Source: Antedon mediterranea
Lineage: Eukaryota; Animalia; Echinodermata
DNA: 64,000 bases
Direction of reading: 5' to 3'
Assembly (NCBI RefSeq): GCF_964355755.1
Contig: NC_092673.1
Span: 6,324,001 to 6,388,000, forward strand
Position 1 is the first letter of the stretch. The number at the start of each line of letters is the position of its first letter. Both the position numbers and the translations under genes were made by a program. Shown one piece after another: positions 12,657-25,000 of this stretch. Below the pieces are notes generated by a model, which saw only the letters and a list, made by a program, of their open reading frames with translations, made no database searches and was not told the DNA's origin.

Positions 12657-14898
12657 CATGGAGTAAAGAATAAGAGGAGGCACAACACGGCCTAGCTATC
12701 CAGTTAATCCAATTAGTATCACGCTGTGCGGTAGTGCTTAAGCATAGGGTAATAAACTTCCCATAACGATCCTTTGAAGAACATCCTGTTTACCCGTGCA
12801 GCTCGCTGCAGAGTCGGCTCTGATTACGTAACACCCTAATTAAGGAAGAAGCCAGGCATGACATCGGTGACAAGAAAAGTAAACAGAGGCTGCGCAGTAG
12901 TTTCTAATACATCATAGTGAAGCATGACCTTTGTGCAGTTGTTCATTGTTCTTTGAGCTTTTTTCTCGAAAAAACCGTTTAAAAATCGAGTAAATTTTCA
13001 CGGAGATATCGCAGTTTTTATACCAGCTAACAAATTAATCATATTTTTTATCAAGCCATAGACGTATCATTTGGTAAATCGAAATTTGACCGTTTAAGCA
13101 ACTTTTTAATTTACGAACCCTAGTGCATTTTGTAGCATATTAAAGACTCCAACTTATTTTAAAATCATATTTTAGTGCGCGCAAATGCGCGCATGAAAAA
13201 AATTATGTAATTTGTTCTCATGAATATTCAAAAATATACGTATATTAGAATTCCAACGACACAATTTCTTATTTTTATTACAGTATATGACATTTAATTT
13301 ATGTTACAGTCTATATTATGACCGTTTAGCAAAACTAAAATTCTTCTATTTTAGTCTGATATTGTATAATTAAATTATTTATGATATTAATATCATAAAA
13401 TATATGATTTTTACGATCACATACTTAGAGTTCAGTGAAATTGTAGGACTAAATTATATATCGTTTAACGATTTGTGGCTACACATAGGCCTACTACATA
13501 GTAGGCCTCAGTTCTTAATATATTATTATTTAATAAATAGCCTAACTAAATAAGAATATTTAATCCCATAATGATGGACATATTTAGTGCATATCGTAAC
13601 CGGTAGGCCTAATAGGTTCAGGCATAGGCGCGCCTTATAGTAAAAATAAACAATATCAATAATAATAATAGGTTTTTTTATGTAGGTCTATATTTATATA
13701 TTAATAATTGCAATAACGTTAGAAATAGTAGTAATATTTTATCAAAGAAGAAATTAATCAATTAGTTTTAGTTTTCGGTTGGTCGTTATTATATAATATG
13801 GTATAAAATGGTACTACGAGAATATTCGTTTAGTATCAACACGTAACAACAACTACAAATTATATGTGTTCGTTAAAAATTCAATTACTGTACAAATATA
13901 GTCTATGCTCTTTTGTAATTATAAGCCATTGTTTAAAGGATTATGTACAGTTCGGTACATAGCGGTTAATCGTAAAATTAAAAAATCGGACATACGAACA
14001 ATAGATCGCCAACATTATTCGTACCCTTTTGCTGTATTGCGTACGTCGATCACGACTGACGCAGCTGTAAACTTCGCCTGGAAAGTAACTAGTACAGTAC
14101 ACATTCTGGTCCCTGGATGGAACATGATATCACACGTACGGTAAACCGCAATGGAGCAGGTCCAATGTTAAACAATTCGTACAAAGGGGAACCGCCAGAC
14201 AAGTGCGTATACCTATTCATTGTTTATTAGATCGCTGGCATGCAAAGTGCAATAGCTCTCCGCTCCAACGTACTAAAAAAAATGGAACGTCGCGGTTTTT
14301 CTAGGCGCTGAAGTTATACGAAGTGAACGCGAATGATTTTTTTTACTGTATATTATATTCCCCGACGAAAAGTACTCGCGTTTCCCAGACGGGGGAAGGG
14401 AGGGGATACAGCCCCCGTAGCCCCCCGCTGGGACCACCACTGGTGAATCATGATTCATGATAAGTTGTCTGGAGAAATTACCAACATTTAGTACACAGTA
14501 AACCATATAAATATAATTCCTTTATTGGTGCCGTATAAAACTCGTATTATTAATTTATTAATAAAAGATATCCAGTAGAATAGCGCTGCTTTTTATAAAA
14601 ATTAATAAACAAGGTCGGAATACAAGTTCAGTAGGTCTACAAACAGTATAGTACACCTTTCACGTTTGAACGCACACATCGCCTAGCAAGAGTATTGTGA
14701 CGTCCTAATACGCATGTGTACTAACACCAAAATTGACCGCGGGCAGTAAAACATTGTAATCTTTGCTAATTGGGTTACGTAACGGCAGTGTTTAGCACCT
14801 ATTAAATACTCATTACAAGCATAGCCTTAAGCAAGCGGTAAACACGATGAACTGACTGAACTATTCAAGTTGTGTCTCCTCTTATTCTTTACTCCATG
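12657..14898. mobile_element. Non-autonomous DNA transposon, P-element-like (2242 bp)
   Basis: 30-bp TIRs CATGGAGTAAAGAATAAGAGGAG(G/A)CACAAC match at 29/30, with weaker inverted similarity further in. 7-bp TSD GTAAGGT at 12650-12656 and 14899-14905. CAT termini with a 7-8 bp TSD fit the P superfamily. No transposase ORF. Confidence 0.8.
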
Positions 14899-15805
14899 GT
14901 AAGGTATAATAATAACACACATCACATTTCTTATTCATTAACTTATAACAACCCCAGCCAGCAGATATCTAGTAGAATCCCTTCCAAGAAGTTTTCAGAA
15001 ACTTAATTACAGGGGCCTAGATGCTTAACTATATTAGGCCTATTATTAAATTAATTCTTTTGTACTTACCCAATTTACGAACATTATCTTGGAGATCTCG
15101 AATCTGAACTTCAACAGAAATTATTGCAATAAACAAAAAAACCATAATAATGAAGAGAGTTGCCTTTGTTTGGGGCAATGAACGAAGTCCCATTGTCATT
15201 TTTCTCTTTAATTATTCTATTCTTAAACAATCAAAAATAAAGCCTGTTAAATACGCGAATGCACAACACAACATTCATACAACTCAGGCTAGCTAGCTAG
15301 GCTCTTGATAATCAGATCCAGACAAATCTTCACACCATCACGTCCATTCTCCTCGCGGGGGCCGAAGGCAAGCAGAAACACTGTCGTCCAGTCTCAGCTT
15401 ATTCCCAGCCTGGAAATGTTACGATCGATCGATGTATGTACACGTCCTAGCCACAAAAGATGATGTTAAATTATAGATATAAAACTCTACTGATACTTAA
15501 GCTAAATAGATATCCATTACAAGAGAACACGACTCATTCATTAAAAGTCTGAGTCATTTGTGTGCTGAAGAAGCCAAGAAACATTGTGAGCGGAAAAATG
15601 AACTCGATCATCAAAAAATCCTAAAAAAGAAGTTTACATGAAGGCCCTCATCGCTCACATGAGATATTTATAGAAAGATTAGGCTAGTTTTACCAATTAA
15701 TAACAGTTCTAAAGCCTACCATAATTTAACGACGGTGAGGGCGTAACTACAGTCTGCGATAAAGAGTCATAATATTATACGACGTTTTCTAAAATGTAAT
15801 TGCAC

Positions 15806-17075
15806 GGTACCAATGCCGTCGACAGACATTTAGCTGACAGGACATTTCGTCTACAGGACATTTAGCCGACAGGTCATTTCGCCGACAGAACATTTCGTCG
15901 AAAATCATTTTGCCGACATACAATTTGCCGACATGATAATTTAGCGATCTCAGAAATAATGAATATTATACCGTATTTATTCGAAGAGCGTTTATTGTTC
16001 GGAGGGTTTTTAGGAGGCGTTTATTCGAGGGGACGTCTTTTTTTTGTGGTGTATAAATTCCCCCCAGATATATGAAAAAACACAAGAGAGTAATCTTAAG
16101 AAGTGTGAGAAAATACGTTTTGCTTGGTAAATTGTAAAAGGCAATAAATTCTAATATTTAATGTGGTGGGCGTTTATTATTCGGGGAATAAAATGAACGT
16201 CTGGGCGTTTTTGCGATGGGGTGTTTATTCGAACAAATACGGTAATATAAATCTGAGTAATATATTATTTGAAGGTTTGCATGGCGAAATCAAATGTTGA
16301 TATAAGTTTGCGCTACACCACGTACATTCGTTCTGAAAAAAAATTATATGTGCCAGAAATTGTTCAAATATATATTCTTGCATTCATTACTTTTATTGAA
16401 AGTAGTAACACAGGACGTTTTATTATAGGAAAAAGACATTTAAAATTATAACGAAATGCATAAACTATAGTTCCCTTTACTGTCGTCCAGTCATAGCAGT
16501 GTATGTCCACTATCATCTTCAAGAAGATCGGACATTCATCATAAGTAGACTTTCAATATGTTTCACCTTAATTTTATTTTTTAATTTATAATTCTATTCA
16601 GGGATATGTCATAATGGTTTTCATTGAATTGGCAGTTTCAAATGGACGGTTTAAATTTATCAATACCAAAATCTATAAAAGATATAGTCCTAGTAAGTTG
16701 TCGGGTGTTCGTAACATGAAAACATATTTCAATTCAGTTAAAATCTAATATTTATAATTAGTGTATTGGTTATGACCATATTGTAGGCAAAATATCCTGT
16801 CAAAATGTAACTTGTAGGTATATTGTCAGCCGATCAATTGTCTGTCTGTCGGCCAACCGTAGGCCTATACATGGTAGAAAAATGCCTTGTCGGTCAGTCT
16901 GTCGGTAACATGGTTTTCGACGAAATGTCCTGACGGCAAAATGACCTCTTGGCGAAGTGTCCTATAGGCGAAATGTCCCTGTCAGCCAAATGTCCTGTCG
17001 GTGAAATGCCATGTCGGCAAAATTTCCGGTCGGTGAATAGTCTGTCGGCCAGTAGTCTGTCGGCAAAACGTCACC
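15806..17075. mobile_element. Foldback-type DNA element with tandem-repeat TIRs (Merlin- or MULE-like)
   Basis: 8-bp TSD AATTGCAC at 15798-15805 and 17076-17083. GGT...ACC termini. Arms built from ~16-bp GGACATTTCGCCGACA units (left) and their reverse complements (right). Confidence 0.8.
15971..16242. mobile_element. Tc1/mariner (pogo-like) MITE nested in the foldback element
   Basis: TIRs CCGTATTTATTCGAA and TTCGAACAAATACGG, flanked by TA on both sides. Confidence 0.78.
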
Positions 17076-19329
17076 AATTGCACATTTTTACCATACGGTC
17101 AATTAAATAATTATCGATGTGCAAATAAGCTAGTACATTATTATAAAGTTCGATTGATTTTTTGAACGAAACATCCCACAACTACTTAGTATTAATTTAA
17201 TACTTTATTAATTTAATAATTTATTACCTATTATTTTTATTATTATTTGTTGTTACAAACAAATAAACTACGAAACAAAATCTTACTCGCGTTCGGAGAA
17301 TATTTTTTTTTCTATTGCATTTGAAATACAACAGCGCCGCCTATTTTGTACTTCTCCGCGAAGATTCATTTTATTAAAAGGATGCTTAAATCAGGTGATT
17401 TTTCCAATATCTCGGAGTTTTCATATCAAGAAATGTATGTGAACATTCTCATATTGACAATGTTGTTAAGGGTAATACATTAGTCTCATATTTTAAATCC
17501 ATAAAGTTCTTCGAACGTGTAATCAGATTGGATGTTTGGATTTTGCTTAATTACAACAAGTTCCTTTAGTTGTCTACAAACCACTTTTTGTAGATTTGAA
17601 TGTATGCATATTTTTGTAAAATTAATGTTACTAAAAATCGCACAATTGGTTTAATTTATTAAAACAAAATATTTTATAAAATGTGAATAATCAATCATTA
17701 AAGGACCTCGCATCTAAATCGTTGCTATCTTTCTATGCGAAATTAAAATGGAAGCTTTATCTTGAAAAGTTCTTACTCGATGAAACACATTTTGATGGTG
17801 CGTGGATAACAATAGTCTTTGTTTATTATGTAACTGCAATGCATCACGACTAAATAAACAGTGATATGTCCTCTATTTCCACAGTGTAAGAAATGATCAA
17901 CTAAATATACTTAAGTAAGAGCTAGAGCTAGATGTTCGGGAAATATTCTGCACTAGTATAGTAACAAGAATGATAACATGTTATACGTTCTGGAAATGAT
18001 ACACTCTCCCTAACAATAATACTTCAATGTGTTTTGACAAATTTTGTAAAACATATCAAACAAGATCATGGAAAATACGAAATGGTGTGTCTGACCACAA
18101 AAATACCACAAAGACCTATAGGCCTAGTAAATGGATAGGTCAAGAGAAATTGCTCAGCGTATCATTAAATCATAGGTAATATCACTCGACAATAATTTAT
18201 AGGTACCAGCTGCTGGACCCAAAAAACGTCTTGGAAAAGATTCTAACGGTTAAACGACAAATCCCAAAGCATTTCTGGTATTTATGAGTCCCATGACATT
18301 ATATAATACTGTAATTGGCTGTCAGATAATCATTGAATTATTATCAAAACAGTCCATGAAAGTTTTTGTTAACTAAATTGAGTCTGTGTTTCATATCAAA
18401 GTTATTCACTTCTGTAGGCCTAAACAAAATTCACATTATAAAAAGAGAAAAGAAACGTTTAATTATAACTCAAAAACCATTGTCTGACAGACAACAATTG
18501 AAGTATTTTTTTCTTTAAATTAAACTCCGGTATTGCAACAATGACCTTTCTGAAATCAAGATTGACCAGAACAATGGTCGAGAGGAATGTCTTGAAGATC
18601 TGCCGATTAGCGGCGCCAGTCACCCACTAACGTAACATTACCCACTAACGTAACAAAAATCAACCACTAATGTAACCACGGAGTAAGCTTAACCACTCGG
18701 CCAGTCGACGAATATTTTGGTCCATGTCAAAGAATATGTTAAAAGAATAAAGAGTGTGTGCTATTTAATATATCGCATGGAAGCTTTTGTGACCAATATA
18801 TAAATTTTCCTGAAGATCAATAGCAATTCTTGGAGCCAAAATTGTTCCAAATATTTAATTTTGTGGAGCTCTAACTTTTCTGTTCACATTTAATTTATCT
18901 GTACTTAATTGTTCTGCTGCCACCAATTGTTTAGTTTTTGTTGGAGTTCATTTGCATGTTCAGCCAGGTGTGCTGTACTGGGCTGGCCCGTTGTTAGTTT
19001 CTTTTGTTAAGAGTAAGGCATGTATTACTGATGGAAGAGTGATGGAAAAAAGCTTGTCTGTGAGGTACAACCTTGGTAAGTTGTTAAGTTTGTACTATAG
19101 GCCTTAATTTATTAATTAATTCAATGGTTGTATTAGATTAAGGTTTTAAGCTTACACAGTATGTCTTGATAGAGTATAATATGTAGAAACGTGTTTGCTT
19201 TCTTCGAACATTACAGTCATGTTCTGTAAGTATACCTATTGTATTGTACTATTTCAACAATTAAATTTCGAACTCAAACCAAACTGGTAACTGGTTGGTA
19301 ATTTACTAGCGTCTTTTATTTATTTATAA

Positions 19330-20050
19330 GAGCAACTTTATAATTTTCTCACGCAAAAATACTAAATCTACTCATTCAAAACACAAAATTTTTATTGATA
19401 ACACTGAAATTACACGAGTTCAAGAAACTAAATTTTTAGGAGTTCACACATCAATAATATTATTAAATATAGGTGTAATCAACAAATTGAAACGTTATCT
19501 TCCCATTAATATACTCTTTATTTTATACAATTCATTAGTACTTCCTTACATTTCTTACTGTAATATTGCCTGGTCCGGTTCACTAAATAAGTTCGGAAAC
19601 TTATGCCCCTGGACAAGCTTCGAAACTACTCATATTGATGGTTTATTTAAATTACAAAAAAGAGTAATTCGAATCTGTTCAGGGGCTGATTTCAACTCTC
19701 ATTCTAAGCCCTTATTTTATAACCTGAAGGTCCTAAATTTTTTTGACATCAGTAAATTACAAACCGCTATCTTTATTTTTCGATTATCACAAAACTCTCT
19801 TCCAACCTATATCACTTCCCTCTTTAGCAAACCATCCACCTATCACAATTATCCAACGCGTTTTTCATCATCTAATTTTCACCCAAAATTTCGTCCCTCA
19901 CTAATTACCAGTAACTCTATACTAGGGGCCTATACCTTGGCCCCAAATTATGGGAACAACTACCAATCCAGCTGAAATCTAAGAAATCCGTATCCAGTTT
20001 TAAAATCACCTATAAGCAATCACTAATTAACAACTACATTTCCTAATTTA
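19330..20050 (+). pseudogene. 5'-truncated LINE ORF2 3' fragment (CR1/L2 group)
   Basis: LYNSLVLPYISYCNIAW, LQKRVIRI and SKPLFYNLKVL parallel the C-terminal part of ORF2 at ~8870-9300. Frameshifted. Confidence 0.8.
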
Positions 20051-22093
20051 TCTTTTTTGGAATAATTATTTTTTTTGGTCAATATTTTGATTAGTTTTTT
20101 GTCGACAACTGTTCAGGTGGTCAATGCTTAAAGTAATTTCCCTTAGTTTATTTATTTTCCACACATTGAACAATCAACTATCTAACATATAGTTATTTAT
20201 ACAATAATCGGCAATCTTCTACGTAAACATTGAAATGTTAACGATTTACAGAAAAAGGTACTCGCTATCGTTATCATTTCAACTTGATCGTTTTCTTGGC
20301 GGACGCAATGAATATGATACAATTAAAATCGTTTAGTTTAGCACTGTGCGCTACTACTATACCCATACTATTCCACTGTAATGACAAACTTGAATGATGG
20401 TATATAGATATTATGTAATAATATCAAATACAACATATTCATGTTGATTAATGTGTATAATTAGGTCTATAGGTATATTTTTACTTTACATCTACACCGT
20501 CTTGCATTCATTCCTTGTGATGAGTTGTGGTAGTTCTTGTAAATAAAAATTAAAAAAAAGAATTACATATAATACAAAGTTATAAACAATATAAGTATTT
20601 GTATGGTTAAAATTCCACAAGTTAGACTCAAAGTTTAACTGATTTGTTGTTTTTACCTAAAATGTTGAGAGCATCATCTTGCATTCATTCCTTGGTGATG
20701 ACTTGTGGTTAGACTCGAAGTGTAACTGTGATTTGTTGTTTTTACCTAATATGTTGTCGTCGTACATGAAAAGAAAAAAAATTACAAATTTATAAACAAA
20801 TATTTGTAAGTATTTCTATTGTATTAGAGCAAATAAATATTATTTTGGGAGTAATTTGAGACTTTCTTTCTTTCTGACTAGTGGTTGAAAATAAAGTTTC
20901 ACAATCATTTTTGGCAAAAGTTGTTCATTAAAGTGAATAGAAATATGTATCTTCTGAGTATTTTGACACCCAACAGTTTCTGAGATATGAAAAGTGTGCT
21001 CCAAGCCTAAAATATTTGTGCCGGCTATGTCAAAGGTCAAAATTATCACTTTCTGACAAGTGGTTGATGAGATATTCATATGGCCGGTTTCTTGACCAAT
21101 GGTGAGAAAAGGGGTTTCTGTCCACCTTCGGCCAACAGCAAAACAACATTGTTAACATAGTTTGCTAGGGGGTGCAGGTGAACCCTTTCTGGCTCCCCAA
21201 CTAAGTATGAAGATGTCACACTTCGTTTAAAAAATAGAGAACCGCTCGAGATAGGGCGCCTGTCACGATGAATAGAGATAGACGATAATGAATGGGGATC
21301 GCAATGGCAATTAGCACAACGAAAATGATGTTTTCGGCAATAAATTATAAAAATCAGCACAACGAAAATGGTGTTATCGGCAATAAATTATAAAAATAAC
21401 CCGCAAACAACATCACTTCTATTTTTTTTTGTTTTCATTATACAACAGATAAAAATGAATGATCATACTGTTTTTGGATCTTGTTAATTGTCAATACATT
21501 TATTTGAGATGAGTTTTAGCGTGACATGACTGTAAATAACACTGGTAGTATTTTAAAATGGTTAACGTAGGCTTCCCTACGGAAATTTTTTTTTCTCGAT
21601 ATACCTTGCCAATAATTAACTCAGGATTATAAGTAATATCAATAATATTATCACCACATTACATATTTAAATTTTTCTACACACAGTAAGTACACTTGGT
21701 TGTCTTTAAAGGGTTATTTTCTTTATTTTCTAGATATACCACAGTGAAATAGGTGACACATTGATAAAACAATTAATATTGATAGAAGAAAACGGTATTA
21801 AATTACAATTTGTTTGGTACTACCATTTTTCAACACTTTGATCAGCTAGGCCTTCCCGCTTTTTACGTTTGTTGCTAATGCCGGTAACCAGGGACGCTAA
21901 GCAAACGAAATGTTTACGTTACTGGCGTTAGCAACAAACGCTTGTCAATGTTTGTGTAGTTATTGTATTATAGGCCTATACAGTTTATTCAATTGTATTT
22001 TTATATGTTGTATAATATATAACTGATAGTAATTTTAATATCTGGTATTAATTTTTTTAATAGAATTTTTACTATTATTTACTCACCAATACC

Positions 22094-25000
22094 ATGTCTG
22101 CCATTGCACACAAACGATTGTTACAGAGGGTAAGGCTATATTATTGTTTTATTTAATCAGGTTACTATGCATTACAACGTTTATGATAAAATAAGGCAGT
22201 GCCACAAAAACAGAGGTTTATAATCTCTTTGTCTCTTTGAATACTGTTCATGGTTTGTAAACTTCTAAGCTATTTGATTGGTCAATAACAAGTCCTAACA
22301 AAATGCACCGACATTCATATTTATTAGGTGTACTGTTTATTTAAGGTTTTTTAATGTGATTGTTATACCCATTTTTCTCAGAAATTGAAGAGAGTGGACT
22401 TGTTATGTGAATGTAGTCTATTACTGTACATTCTTTTGACTTTTTTTTAATTCAAAGGTAAAGAAATATAAAATTAATATAGTTGTAGTTTCGATGCGCA
22501 ACAACAATCTGCATTGGGATGGTAAGTGTGTATTAATATAATAGTTTATATATTTGAAATAAAGTATTAAAAAGTTAAAGTGGATGTTCAATTCTTTCGT
22601 TTATCGGATGTTTTCTCCTGCAATTTAGTGTCAATATATCTATCTTTAATAAGTGAGATTAAGTACTGTTCCATTTCCAACGATTAAGAAAAAACATCAA
22701 CAAATATTACAATATAAGGTTCGATGTTAAGATGTACAAGACATTAAACGGTTTTGTGTTTTTAAATAGGAACAGAATCTGCAGTAAAAAAACTTCAAGC
22801 AATAATTGAAGATGCCTTGAAGGAGGAGAAAAGAGTGACAGGTATTTGTTTAATCTTTTACGGGGTGTGGTGGCAAGATTGGTGATCTTTAATGTAATTT
22901 ATTATGTTAAAGCCATTACAGATTATATAACTGTTCCCCTTACACATATCACAAACTGTTCTTTCGTTTGTAAAATCAACGAAATTAAAAATTATCGTCC
23001 TGTATCAATCCTTCCAGTCCTATCCAAAATCCTTGAAAGAGCAATGTATTATAGACTATACACCTACTCAACGAAATATGCACTCTTAAACCCCCACTAA
23101 TACGGATTTCGAGCTAAGCACTCAACCTCCCACGCCATACTTGAAACACATAATCACATTCGAGAACAAGAAATACTTAATTAGCGTATTCATGGACCTA
23201 TCAAAGGCATTCGATGTAATGAATCATGATATTTTGCTTAAAAAGATGCATCACTATGGTATTCGAGGAACCGGCGTGAAGTTGGTTACTTATTCCTTAT
23301 TCAATTTTTTGTGTGAAGTTGGTACTTATTCGACATTCACATGTACGGGGCGCAAAATGTGTAATAATTTAATTAAATTGTTTGTACTTACGGCTTGGAC
23401 TAACTAGGTCTATGATTTATAGGGCTATAATTACGTTATAAACGGCATGGACCGGGATGACGATACATGGATTGGGTCGAGTAGGGTCCATTCATTTCAG
23501 AAATATACCACTTGCCCCGGTCCATGCCGTCTAGCTGCCATTTTACGCCATTTTAAAACGTTAGAAATAAATAAAAGATCAATTTTCATTGAAGGACCAT
23601 CTTACTGGAATAAACTCCAGTCTACTCTAGAACAAAATCACATGACCTCGCTCCCTATACTAAAGTACAATATAAAAAAGATGATATTTGAAACATATTG
23701 CTAGCTACTATTGCTACTGCTACTGGAGTTGTAACTATTTTGCTTGATCTCACATTTTCAAAAGTTATTATTATAAAAAAAAACATAAACATGGAAACAA
23801 AATATTTTGACAAATGGACAAACATATTGACAGATATGTATCTATTTTTAGAAAATATAACAAATAAGCCTATAGAGGCCCACAGTGTTAAGGATCTGAG
23901 GAGCCGAATAACAAAATTAGCAAAGAAAGAAGGTATGTTGATAATTTTGAATAATAATGTCCAATTATATTCATATTATGTACTGTATGGATAGGACAGC
24001 TCAAGTGATATATAATATATATAACGATTTTTACTCGGGGTAACCGAGTCTAGGACTCACTCATCTTCTCTTCCATCTGGACATTATTGAGCCAACTTTC
24101 AAGTCCTACTGAAACATGGCATGCATACACTAGGGTAATATGTGAACAAAGTTATAAAGAGAAAATGTTCGTACTTCAACCGGATGCAGAATTATAACGT
24201 CATAAACATGGTACCAATCGCAAAAATGCGATTTATAAAGTACGACTCCTCCCTTATTCGTTGTAGTATTGAGCTGGGATTTGGCATGGGTATACTACAG
24301 GGACCTCAAAGCTATAGAACCGAATATTTTAATTTCAACCCAGATGCAGCCATATAACATCTTGAAGATGGTACCTTTTACGATTTTCGTCGTAATATAG
24401 GCCTAGCCGTGTTTGGTGGCATTTCAAAGGTCTTGACTTGGAGAATAAGAATATGTACAGTAAAACCTATTTATGATATTGTGACGTCACTTCTGCTCCC
24501 GAAAATAGCAAAAAAATTTACCGTAATTATGCCATTTCCGGTTATGTGACGTAACTTTTCGGAATATAGGTGTATTTGGTAGCGAGGTTATTGATGTGTA
24601 TGTGACGTTACATCCTGTCTTATGACGTCATTACAGCTCATTTTGCTGTACCCCTAATATCGGACATTCGTGCTTGTTTAAAAAAATTAATAAAACTCAT
24701 ATTCTTTTTCTTCTTATTGACGTTTACAATGGCTCTATTATACCTAGGCTACGGCAGGTGCCAGCCATTTTGGGGCAAAGAAAAGAATAGGCCTGAATGG
24801 TGGCCCGCAAACCAAAGATTCTGTTCGCCACGAACGTTTACAAAAGGTAGGCCCTTTTTATATTTTAATAATTATGTTAAAGATGTATTGTCCCTTTGAC
24901 TAATTCCAAAAAAAATAAAAAAATAAATATTTCGAAAGAAAGTATCATAATAATTATTAACTTTCACCAAAAATTAGTCGAAAAAAAATCATAACTGAAA

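Noticed and set aside
22382-22410. Additional exon KLKRVDLL after exon 1
   Set aside because: No strong in-phase donor, and similar sequence precedes the exon-2 paralog at ~26560 as apparent intron. It cannot be fully excluded.
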